Source: an uncultured Gammaproteobacteria bacterium
Lineage (GTDB): Bacteria; Patescibacteriota; Patescibacteriia; SG8-24
Assembly: GCA_964407925.1 (NCBI GenBank)
Contig: CAYOXM010000004.1
Coordinates: forward strand, 12,389-76,388
DNA: 64,000 bases
Direction: 5' to 3'
The position numbers were made by a program, and so were the translations under genes. Below the pieces are notes generated by a model that was not told the DNA's origin, did no database searches, and was given only the letters and a program-made list of their open reading frames with translations. How positions within the stretch are numbered: the first letter of the stretch is position 1; every line of letters begins with the position of its first letter. Of the stretch, positions 31,228 through 39,228 are shown piece after piece.

Positions 31228-32382
31228 TTATTGCTTGAGCGCCCGTTTCGCTTCCGTGGCGATCATCAGCTCCTCGTTCGTCGGAACGACGAGCACTTTC
31301 GTCCTCCCGGGAAGCTTCAGCATGCCCATCACTTTCTTGCGGATGTCCTCGCTCCGTTCGCCGACGCCGGCAGTGAACACGACCGCGTCCGCGCCGCCCA
31401 TGAGCGTCGCATACGAACCGACGTATCGCGCGACGTCGTAGCAGAACATCTCGATGGCGAGGTTCGCGCGGTATTTCGTCTCCGCCGACGGCTTTTCCGC
31501 GAGCTTGTAGCCGGGAATCTTGTATCCTGCCGCGCTCATCACGTCGCGCAGATCCTTGTACCCCGATACGCCGAGGAGGCCGGACTGCTTGTTGAGCACG
31601 TCGTCGACCTGCTGCTCGGTCATCCCGAACGTGCGGATCATGTACAGCGGGATCGCTGGATCGATGTCGCCGCAGCGCGTGGACATGGTAAGGCCCTCGA
31701 GCGGGGTGAAGCCCATCGTCGTGTCGAACGCCTTGCCGTTCATGACCGCGGTGACGGACGAGCCCGACCCGAGGTGGCACGAAACGATTTTCGCCCTTCT
31801 GTAGGGCTTTTTCAGCATTTTCGCCGCCTGCTCGGTGACGTAGCGGTGCGAGATGCCGTGGAACCCGTACTTCCGGATCTTGTGCTTGGCGTAGTACTCC
31901 CACGGCAGCGCGTACATGAACGCGAAATCGGGAATCGTCTTGTAAAAGGCGGTGTCAAACACCGCGACGTTCGCGGCGCGGGGCAAAAGCGTTCGGCAAG
32001 AGTCGATGCCGGAGAGGTTCGGCGGGTTATGGAGCGGTGCGAGACGGTTGTAGGCGCGCAGTTTCTCGAGGTTCGCGTCCGTAATGACGGTCGGTTCGGT
32101 AAATTCCTCTCCGCCATGCACGACGCGGTGACCGAAGGTGACGATGCGCTTCGTATCGATGCCGCCGTTCACGAGCGCGGAAAAGACCTTCGTGAGCGCG
32201 TCCTTGTGGTCGGGTACCGCGTCAAACTCGAGCTTCTTTTCATCCGCGCCGACCGCGACCTTCATGAACGGCTTATCGAGACCGATGCGCTCGACAAGGC
32301 CGCCAGCGAGCTCCTTGAGGCTCTTCGCCTCGAACAGCTTGAATTTCAGGCTCGAGCTGCCGGAATTGACGACGAAAATCAT
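31228..32382 (-). CDS. ackA: acetate kinase
   Basis: 384 aa; 'MIFVVNSGSSSLKFKLF' N-terminus and full-length acetate/propionate kinase family features. Confidence 0.95.
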   Translation of the reverse strand: MIFVVNSGSSSLKFKLFEAKSLKELAGGLVERIGLDKPFMKVAVGADEKKLEFDAVPDHKDALTKVFSALVNGGIDTKRIVTFGHRVVHGGEEFTEPTVITDANLEKLRAYNRLAPLHNPPNLSGIDSCRTLLPRAANVAVFDTAFYKTIPDFAFMYALPWEYYAKHKIRKYGFHGISHRYVTEQAAKMLKKPYRRAKIVSCHLGSGSSVTAVMNGKAFDTTMGFTPLEGLTMSTRCGDIDPAIPLYMIRTFGMTEQQVDDVLNKQSGLLGVSGYKDLRDVMSAAGYKIPGYKLAEKPSAETKYRANLAIEMFCYDVARYVGSYATLMGGADAVVFTAGVGERSEDIRKKVMGMLKLPGRTKVLVVPTNEELMIATEAKRALKQ

Positions 32383-32395
32383 ACGCGTTGCCGGT

Positions 32396-33037
32396 TCAGA
32401 CGTCGCCGAAGAAATGCGCCGCCTCGCCGTCTGCCGGATGCACGCCGACGATCTCGCCCATCGCGCCCTGCGCGTCGAGCGACGCCGCGTTTGCCTCGTC
32501 CGTGTCGAGGTGGATGTTCATCCGGAACGACGGGTGGACGCGGACGATGACCTCGCGCGCGATGAACGGCGTATGTCCGGGAATCGACACGTCAAGCACG
32601 TCGCCGGTCTTGAGACCGAGTTCGGCGGCCTCGGTGTCTGAGCAGTGCAGATGGCGCTGGTCGTTGATGACGCCTTCCTTGAGTTCGATACTCCCCTTCG
32701 GCCCGACGAGCGTGACGCCACCGCCCGAACCCGCGAGGTCGCCGGAGAGCCGGAGCGGGGTCTCGACGCCGAGCGTCCGCCCGTCGCTCCACGCGAGCTC
32801 GACCTGCGTCTGCTTGCGGCACGGCCCGAGGATGCGCGCGGAAACCTCCCCCTTCGGCCCTTTCACCCCGACTTTTTCCTCGTAGGCGAACTGGCCCGTC
32901 TGGGAAAGTTCCTTGATCGGCTTCATCTGGTAGCCGGCGCCGAAAAGCGCGTCCTGATCGGCCTGCGACAAGTGAACGTGGCGGGCGGAATACTCGATGC
33001 GTACTTGGCGTCCGAGCGCTTTGTGCTGATCTGACAT
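32396..33037 (-). CDS. pduL: PduL-type phosphate acyltransferase (phosphotransacetylase/propanoyltransferase)
   Basis: ~213 aa with duplicated PduL motifs (ARHVHLS ... QRHLHCS). Immediately upstream of ackA. Confidence 0.75.
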   Translation of the reverse strand: MSDQHKALGRQVRIEYSARHVHLSQADQDALFGAGYQMKPIKELSQTGQFAYEEKVGVKGPKGEVSARILGPCRKQTQVELAWSDGRTLGVETPLRLSGDLAGSGGGVTLVGPKGSIELKEGVINDQRHLHCSDTEAAELGLKTGDVLDVSIPGHTPFIAREVIVRVHPSFRMNIHLDTDEANAASLDAQGAMGEIVGVHPADGEAAHFFGDV

Positions 33038-33071
33038 AGGCATGAGGTTACGCGATACAGGATAGCACGGT

Positions 33072-34424
33072 TCACATGAATACGGAGGCGAGCCCGAGGA
33101 AGACGAAGAAGCCGCAGCAATCGGTGAGCGTCGTGACGAAAACGGTCGAAGCGAGCGCGGGATCGATGCGCATGCGCTTCATGATGACGGGGACCGCGAC
33201 GCCGCCGAGCCCGGCGACGAGAAGGTTGGCGGTCATGGCAACGAGGATGACGCCGGCGAGGCGGGCGTTGCCCGTCCACGCGTAGGCGATGCCGCCCATG
33301 ATGACGCCGTTCGCGAGGCCGTTCAGCGTCCCGGCGGCGACCTGCTTCGCGACGGCATGGAGGGTGTTCAGGTGCCGAAGCTCGCCGAGCGCGATCGCGC
33401 GGACGACGACGCCGAGCGTCTGCGTCGCGGCGTTGCCGCCCATCCCCGCGATGATCGGCATGTAGGCGGCGAGGATGACGATGCGCTGGATGGTGTCCTC
33501 GAACAGGCTCACGACCCCGGCGGCGAGCACGGCCGTCGCGAGGTTGACGATGAGCCACGGGAGACGCCTGCGGACGGTGAGGAGCACGGGATCGCTGATG
33601 CGATCGTCCTCGTCCACGCCGGTGAGTCGGGAGATGTCTTCCGCGTACTCCTTCTCCATGACCTCGAAAATGTCGTCGGCGGTCACGATGCCGAGCACGC
33701 GCCCCTTGGGCCCGACGACCGGGAGCTCGATGGCGTTATGCTCGTCGAACACCTGCGCCATCTCCTCCTGGTCCATCGTCGGCGGCACGCTCACGACGGC
33801 GGCGTTCATGAGGTCGCCGAGTTTCGCGTCGGCCGCGGCGGTGAGGAGCCGCATGAGCGGCAGCGTGCCGACGAGCGCGTCCTTGTCGTCGGTGACGTAC
33901 ACCTGATGCGACTTCGGTTTCGTCGCCGACTCGCGCGCGATCTGCCGGCGCGCCTCGTCGACGGTGGCGTCCGCGCGGATGCGGAACGCCTCATGCTTCA
34001 TGCGACCGCCGGCGGTCTCCTCGCCGAAAACGAGCAGCGGCATGAGGCCGTGCGGGTCGTTTTTCCTGAGCTCCGCGATGACGCGGTCGCGCTGCCCGTC
34101 CTTGAGCAGCTGAATGAGGTCGACGGCGTCGTCGGATTCGGCCGCGTCGATCATCGCGGCCACTTCCGCCTGCGAAAGCGCGGGGAGCACCGCGTCCTGC
34201 GAGTACTCGCTGAGCTTCAGGAGGACGCGGGAATGCCGCTCCGCGGGGAGCCCCTTGAACATCCTGCGTTTCTCGTGGACGGACAGCGAATCAACGACGT
34301 GGATGACGTCCTCGTCGCCCATCTTCGCGAGCAGTTCGCGGAGCAGCGCGTCCTGGTTGCGGAACAGCATCTCCCTCGCGCGGTCGGCGAACCCCTTCCA
34401 ATTCAGCATCGTCGGTAACGGCAT
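33072..34424 (-). CDS. mgtE: magnesium transporter MgtE
   Basis: 450 aa; N domain, tandem CBS domains, C-terminal 5-TM MgtE channel domain (AYMPIIAGMGGNAATQTL). Confidence 0.9.
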   Translation of the reverse strand: MPLPTMLNWKGFADRAREMLFRNQDALLRELLAKMGDEDVIHVVDSLSVHEKRRMFKGLPAERHSRVLLKLSEYSQDAVLPALSQAEVAAMIDAAESDDAVDLIQLLKDGQRDRVIAELRKNDPHGLMPLLVFGEETAGGRMKHEAFRIRADATVDEARRQIARESATKPKSHQVYVTDDKDALVGTLPLMRLLTAAADAKLGDLMNAAVVSVPPTMDQEEMAQVFDEHNAIELPVVGPKGRVLGIVTADDIFEVMEKEYAEDISRLTGVDEDDRISDPVLLTVRRRLPWLIVNLATAVLAAGVVSLFEDTIQRIVILAAYMPIIAGMGGNAATQTLGVVVRAIALGELRHLNTLHAVAKQVAAGTLNGLANGVIMGGIAYAWTGNARLAGVILVAMTANLLVAGLGGVAVPVIMKRMRIDPALASTVFVTTLTDCCGFFVFLGLASVFM

Positions 34425-34473
34425 ACGTGCGGCAGTATAACAAAACCGCGGGAATCAATCCCGCGGCGCACGC

Positions 34474-34965
34474 TCATTTATCCACCACTTCGTACTCCTT
34501 GATCGGCTCGTCCGTATACCGGAGGAAGCCGCGCATGAGCCGCGCGACGAGCGTCTTGTCCTTCGACTTGCCGAATTTCTTGAGCCTGTCCTTCGACGTC
34601 CGGAAATGCGTGACCGCCCACTCGATGACGACCGCATTCATCCGCACGACGGCACCGAGCGGTCCGGTGCTGAACAGCTTCGACTCAAGCCGCTTGTTGG
34701 TGATTTCAATGGCGTGGTCCGGACAGACGCGCTCGCACGTCTCGCAGCCGATGCACTTGTCGAGATCGATGTAAATCGCCGGTTCGCCGAGCATGCCGAG
34801 CTCCTTGTCGTGCCAGGAAATCGCGTTCACCGGGCATTTCACGATGCACGAACCGCAGGACTTGCAGAGGTTCGTAAACCGCGTCACGCGAATCTTCGAG
34901 GTCTCCGCGACCTTCGGGGCGAAGCGCATCGGGCCGGTCGAATTGTCGGTCGGAGTGGTTCCCAT
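34474..34965 (-). CDS. porD: 2-oxoacid:ferredoxin oxidoreductase delta subunit (2x[4Fe-4S] ferredoxin) with ~65-aa C-terminal extension
   Basis: Two CxxCxxCxxxCP motifs (CKSCGSCIVKCP; CIGCETCERVCP). Start may be MRFAPKV (34929). Follows porG. Confidence 0.8.
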   Translation of the reverse strand: MGTTPTDNSTGPMRFAPKVAETSKIRVTRFTNLCKSCGSCIVKCPVNAISWHDKELGMLGEPAIYIDLDKCIGCETCERVCPDHAIEITNKRLESKLFSTGPLGAVVRMNAVVIEWAVTHFRTSKDRLKKFGKSKDKTLVARLMRGFLRYTDEPIKEYEVVDK

Positions 34966-34966
34966 A

Positions 34967-35521
34967 TCATTTGACGAGGTCGTAGCCGACGTTGAACGCC
35001 TTCTCGTTGAGGTCCTTGAGCGAGGGATCCTTCTCGTACTTGTCCTTGAACGTCTTCTCGAGCGCCTTGCCGAACGACGCCTTGTCGAGCACCGGCGTGA
35101 GCTTCAGCATCGCGCCCATCACGATCATGTTGAACGTCCGCGGCTTCTTGAGCTGCAGTTTCGCGATATTGCCCGCGTCGACGAGGTGCGGCGCCCACTG
35201 CCGGACGCGCGAGACGTCATGCACGAGCGTGCTGTTCACGACGACCTTCGTGCCTTCCTGCAGGTACTCGAACGTGCGGTCGATGGCGCGCTGCGACATG
35301 GCGACCCACAGGTCTGCCTTGGCGAACTTCGGAAACGGGATCGGCTCGTCGCCGATCTGCGCGAACGCGATGGAAATTCCGCCGCGTTTCTCGGTACTGA
35401 AGTACGGCACGTAGAGCGTCTGCTTCCCCTGCATCCACGCGGCATACGCCATGATTTTCGCGATCGAAAGCACGCCCTGCCCGCCCTCGCCGCTAATGAC
35501 GATCTTGAACGGCTCGGCCAT
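34967..35521 (-). CDS. porG: 2-oxoacid:ferredoxin oxidoreductase gamma subunit
   Basis: 184 aa; 'IVISGEGGQGVLSIAKIMAYAA' PFOR gamma-family N-terminus. Confidence 0.85.
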   Translation of the reverse strand: MAEPFKIVISGEGGQGVLSIAKIMAYAAWMQGKQTLYVPYFSTEKRGGISIAFAQIGDEPIPFPKFAKADLWVAMSQRAIDRTFEYLQEGTKVVVNSTLVHDVSRVRQWAPHLVDAGNIAKLQLKKPRTFNMIVMGAMLKLTPVLDKASFGKALEKTFKDKYEKDPSLKDLNEKAFNVGYDLVK

Positions 35522-35522
35522 A

Positions 35523-36266
35523 TCAGTAGGTCTTCACGGGGTAGACGCCGGCGAGCGTGTTCTCGAGGAAATCGAACGTCTTCCAGGGGTTGTCCATCGT
35601 CTTCCAGTTCAGCGTGCACGGCGAGAGCACTTCGACGAAGGTAAACCCGCGCCCCTCCTTGTGGAACGTAAGCGCGTCCGTCATCAGCTTGCGCAGGCCA
35701 ATCTGCCGGCTCGTGATGCCGCGCGCCACGAACGCGTTCGGGTTCACCTGACGGATCATCTCGGGACCCTTCATGTAATACTGGTCGGCGCCGCACGGAG
35801 CGGTGTCGACGACCATGCCCGGGAGCGTGGTCGGCGCTTCTTGACCTCCGGTCATGGCGTACACGGCGTTGTTCACCACGATGACCATGATCTTCTCGTC
35901 ACGAATGGCCGCGTTCATGAGGTGCCCGCCGCCGATGGCGTACCCGCCGCCGTCACCGACGTACGCGACGGTCAGCGCCTTCGGATTGGCGCGTTTGAAC
36001 CCGACCATCGTCGGGATGGTTCGGCCGTGGTGCGTCTCGATGGTGTCGACATTGAAGTAGTCCCAAGCGAGGAGCGAGCAGCCGATGTCGACGCCGAAGG
36101 CGAGCTCCTTCTGGATACCAAGGTCGTCGATGGCATGACCGAGCGCCTTGAGCACTTCCGGATGCCCGCAGCCGGGACAGAAGAGGTGCGGCTTGGATTC
36201 GATCCGCACGCATTTCGGAAACGCCATCTTCACCTCGCTCTTGTCCATGAAAAGTTTCTTCGCCAT
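35523..36266 (-). CDS. porB: 2-oxoacid:ferredoxin oxidoreductase beta subunit (TPP-binding)
   Basis: 247 aa; 'CPGCGH' and 'GDGGGYAIGG' TPP-binding motifs. Confidence 0.9.
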   Translation of the reverse strand: MAKKLFMDKSEVKMAFPKCVRIESKPHLFCPGCGHPEVLKALGHAIDDLGIQKELAFGVDIGCSLLAWDYFNVDTIETHHGRTIPTMVGFKRANPKALTVAYVGDGGGYAIGGGHLMNAAIRDEKIMVIVVNNAVYAMTGGQEAPTTLPGMVVDTAPCGADQYYMKGPEMIRQVNPNAFVARGITSRQIGLRKLMTDALTFHKEGRGFTFVEVLSPCTLNWKTMDNPWKTFDFLENTLAGVYPVKTY

Positions 36267-36267
36267 A

Positions 36268-37398
36268 TCATTGTCCGGACGCGAACGTGACGAGTTCGGT
36301 CGGCGTTATGCCCATCGACGGCCGTTCGTATCCCACGACCGGCGCGGACGCGTGGCCGTACAGGGAGTTGCGGACGAAGCGGCCGAGCTGGTCGAGGGCG
36401 GATTCGGGCACGAGGATTTTCCGCGCGCCTTTCGCGGCGGCACGAAGGGCATCGTCGGGGAACGGCCGGAGCGTGATCGGACGGAACAGCCGGGCCTTCA
36501 CGCCCCTCTCTGCCAGCGTCTTGATCGCGGCGCGCGCCGAAGCCGCGACGATGCCGTGCGCGACGATGAGCAGGTCCGCGTCCTTGTCGCCGAACTCCTC
36601 GTGCGCCGCGACCTGCGGCGCCATCTTGTCCCACGCCTCCTTGATTTCCATGTTGACGGCGAGCGTCTCCTCTTCGAGGTTCAGGCAGTTGCGGAAACAG
36701 TCGTACGACGTGCCGTCGGGCCCCTTGCGGATGTGCATTTCCGGCGACGGAACGAGCCCCTCGAGCGGCCGCGTACGGCTCTTCTCGAGCATGTACGCCT
36801 CGGTCGGTTCCATGACGATGCCCTTCTCTTCGGGCGAATACACCTCGACCTCCCCCATCATCTTGTTAAGGTAGCCGTCGGAAAGCAGGAAGGTCGGAAA
36901 CCGGTACTTCCAGGCGATGTCGAAAACCTTGATGCCGAAATCGTACAGCTCCTGAAGCGTCGACGGGGAATAGACGATTCGGTAGCCGTTGCCGTTGCCG
37001 CCGTAACAGGCGAGGTTCACCTCGGACTGCGAATAAATGACGGTGGACGTCGACGGGCCGCCGCGCTGGCCGATGTACGCGACGACGGGAAGGCGCATCG
37101 CTTCCGCCATTGAAAACGCGTCCTGCATCAGGACGTGGCCGGGACCGCCGGTCGCGGTAAAACTCTTCACGCCGGCGAGCACGGCGCCGAGCAGCATGAA
37201 GCTCGCGCCGATCTCGTCCTCGGCCTGGAGGAACACGAGACCGTCCTTCTTGCCCTTATCGCCGCACGATTCTTTGGACCAGAAATGCAGGATCTCCGAC
37301 GTCGGTGTGATCGGATAGCCGTACATCGCCTTCACGCCCGCCGCCAAAGCCGCGCGCCCGAGCGCCTCGTTGCCCATGAGGAATTTCTTCTCAGCCAT
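36268..37398 (-). CDS. porA: 2-oxoacid:ferredoxin oxidoreductase alpha subunit
   Basis: 376 aa; 'MGNEALGRAALAAGVKAMYGYPITPTSEI' typical PFOR/KOR alpha N-terminus. Confidence 0.9.
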   Translation of the reverse strand: MAEKKFLMGNEALGRAALAAGVKAMYGYPITPTSEILHFWSKESCGDKGKKDGLVFLQAEDEIGASFMLLGAVLAGVKSFTATGGPGHVLMQDAFSMAEAMRLPVVAYIGQRGGPSTSTVIYSQSEVNLACYGGNGNGYRIVYSPSTLQELYDFGIKVFDIAWKYRFPTFLLSDGYLNKMMGEVEVYSPEEKGIVMEPTEAYMLEKSRTRPLEGLVPSPEMHIRKGPDGTSYDCFRNCLNLEEETLAVNMEIKEAWDKMAPQVAAHEEFGDKDADLLIVAHGIVAASARAAIKTLAERGVKARLFRPITLRPFPDDALRAAAKGARKILVPESALDQLGRFVRNSLYGHASAPVVGYERPSMGITPTELVTFASGQ

Positions 37399-37447
37399 GC
37401 GGATGCAGTTAGCTACGGGGACACTATACCACGGTCACGGTGGCCGT

Positions 37448-37475
37448 GGGGACTGTCCCTATGGGGACAGTCCCC
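37448..37475 (-). promoter_or_regulatory. tandem palindromic boxes GGGGACTGTCCC-TAT-GGGGACAGTCCCC upstream of porA (candidate operator)
   Basis: Each 11-12-bp box (GGGAC-N-GTCCC) is itself a perfect palindrome. They sit ~20 nt upstream of a TATAGT -10-like box (37423-37428) and ~50 nt upstream of the porA ATG. Confidence 0.5.
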
Positions 37476-37513
37476 TGTGGATAACGAAAGACCGGCTTTC
37501 GCCGGCCTGCGTT

Positions 37514-37849
37514 TCAGTCAAAATTATCCGCCCAAGGCGAACGCTCCTCCTCGCGCATCCAGTACAGCTCGCCGCCCTCCGCGACGACGGTCACCGCCTT
37601 GAGGCGTTGACCTTCGGCACCGACGACGTTCTCTCCCGTCGCGGCCTCGAACTGCGCGCCGTGCCAGCTGCACACCAGTTTCTTCTCACCGTCATAGCGG
37701 ACGGCGCCGCCCATGTGCGGGCACTTGTTCTCGAAGGCCTTGAGCTCGCCCTTCACGTTGGCGACGAGAATCATCTTCCCTTGCGCGACGAACGTCTTGC
37801 CGCGTCCCGCAGGGACGTCGCCCGTTTTCCCCAACAGTATCTTCTGCAT
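37514..37849 (-). CDS. Rieske [2Fe-2S] domain protein (small, soluble)
   Basis: Internal start MQKILLGKTGD; 'CPHMGG ... CSWHGAQF' Rieske motifs. The upstream part of ORF 37514..37957 is R/E-rich noise. Confidence 0.75.
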   Translation of the reverse strand: MQKILLGKTGDVPAGRGKTFVAQGKMILVANVKGELKAFENKCPHMGGAVRYDGEKKLVCSWHGAQFEAATGENVVGAEGQRLKAVTVVAEGGELYWMREEERSPWADNFD

Positions 37850-37851
37850 GG

Positions 37852-38583
37852 TCAGGCGTTCTGCGGCTCTTTCTTCTTCGCCGCCTTCTCGTGCCCGAAG
37901 GTGTAGTTGAAGATGTCGGACTTCACCTTGCCGCGCGTGCGCATGTACACCTCGCACATCAGGTACTTCACGGCGATGTTCAGGCGTCCGTCGCGGTCGA
38001 AACGGCGGACGGACACCGGAATCTTGTAGGTCTTGAGCAGGCCGAACTTCGCGACCTTGCCGATGCGGTTCACGTAGTCATGATCCTCGGCCAGCTTGAT
38101 TTCGGGATCGAAGCCGCCGATTTTGTCGTGAATCGCCTTGCGCGCGAAAATGCAGAACCCCGGCGCGTGCGGCAACGTCTCCTGCGTGACGAACATGAAG
38201 TAGTTGAAGACCTCGTGGAACACCTTGTCGATCTTCTTCTCGGAGATCGGGTCGATCTTGCAGGTCGCGGCGCCGAAGGTGCGCTTCTCGAATTCGGCGA
38301 CGGTCATCTGCAGGAACCACGGGTCGGGCAGGACGACGTCCGCATCGAGGAACAGGAGGTTCTCGCCCTTGGCCGCGGCGGCGCCGTTGTTGCGGCCGAC
38401 GGCGACCTTGCCGCCCTCGACCACGCGCGCGCCAAAAGAGGCCGCGATTTCGCGTGTCTTATCCGCCGAGTTCGCGTCGGCGACGATGATCTCGTAGTCC
38501 TTGTAGGTCTGGCCCTGAATGGACCGGAGCAGAAACGGGAGATATTCCTCTTCGTTGTACGTCGGGATGACGATGGAAAGCAT
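37852..38583 (-). CDS. family 2 glycosyltransferase
   Basis: Start at MLSIVIPTYNEEEYL (canonical GT2 N-terminus), DAD/DxD motif (LFLDADVV). The longer ORF to 38778 crosses an AT-rich promoter region and overlaps the spoU-like gene, so it was rejected. Confidence 0.8.
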   Translation of the reverse strand: MLSIVIPTYNEEEYLPFLLRSIQGQTYKDYEIIVADANSADKTREIAASFGARVVEGGKVAVGRNNGAAAAKGENLLFLDADVVLPDPWFLQMTVAEFEKRTFGAATCKIDPISEKKIDKVFHEVFNYFMFVTQETLPHAPGFCIFARKAIHDKIGGFDPEIKLAEDHDYVNRIGKVAKFGLLKTYKIPVSVRRFDRDGRLNIAVKYLMCEVYMRTRGKVKSDIFNYTFGHEKAAKKKEPQNA

Positions 38584-38668
38584 AGGATGGTCCGTCACAG
38601 CGTAGCAGGAGCGAGTGCCGCATGGGAAGGGCGTTTCGCTCTGCCGCACGCGGCGGGCAGGACCAAAG

Positions 38669-38697
38669 AATATAGCAGAAACTAGCGAAAAAGTCAA
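38669..38697 (-). promoter_or_regulatory. sigma70-like promoter of the GT2-Rieske operon (TTGACT-17-TATATT)
   Basis: Minus strand TTGACTTTTTCGCTAGTTTCTGCTATATT in an AT-rich gap; ~85-nt leader. Confidence 0.55.
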
Positions 38698-38764
38698 TGG
38701 TTTTGCCAGGTATGCGGCAACAAAAAAGGCCTTGATTAGCGATTTTTTTGCGTCTCCGGAAAGC

Positions 38765-39226
38765 CTATTTTGGCGCACCCGACAACGCGTAGAGGGCTAC
38801 ACCGCAGGCGACCGCGACATTGAAGGATTCCTTGATCCCGACCATGGGAATTTCGACCGTCGCCTCGAGCCGTTTTCGGAGTGCGGGAGAGAGCCCACGC
38901 ACTTCGTTTCCGACGACGAGCGCGAGTTTCTTCGGCGGGCGATATCCGCCGATGGGCACCGAACCGGCGCACCGTTCGAGGCCGACTCCGGCATACCCCT
39001 CTTTCTTCAATCGCTCCACCACGCGCCAGGCATGACCGCTCTTCTCCCATGGGACCGCGAGTTCCGCGCCGAGCGCGACTTTCTTGAGACCGTTCTGCTC
39101 CGGCGTTCCCGTAATGCCGCACAGGAAAATTTTTTTCACGCCGAAACCGTCGGCGGTCCGGAACATCGAACCAACGTTATGCAAAGAACGGATGTTATCG
39201 AGGACGAGGACGATATCTGGACGCAT
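38765..39226 (-). CDS. SpoU/TrmH-family RNA 2'-O-methyltransferase
   Basis: 153 aa; SPOUT motifs (LVLDNIRSLHNVGSMFRTADGFG; LVVGNEVRGLS; NVAVACGVALY). Confidence 0.85.
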   Translation of the reverse strand: MRPDIVLVLDNIRSLHNVGSMFRTADGFGVKKIFLCGITGTPEQNGLKKVALGAELAVPWEKSGHAWRVVERLKKEGYAGVGLERCAGSVPIGGYRPPKKLALVVGNEVRGLSPALRKRLEATVEIPMVGIKESFNVAVACGVALYALSGAPK

Positions 39227-39228
39227 GG

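Noticed and set aside
38584-38778. 65-codon N-terminal extension of the GT2 ORF
   Set aside because: It crosses an AT-rich promoter-containing spacer and overlaps the spoU-like gene. The canonical GT2 N-terminus (MLSIVIPTYNEE) begins at 38583.
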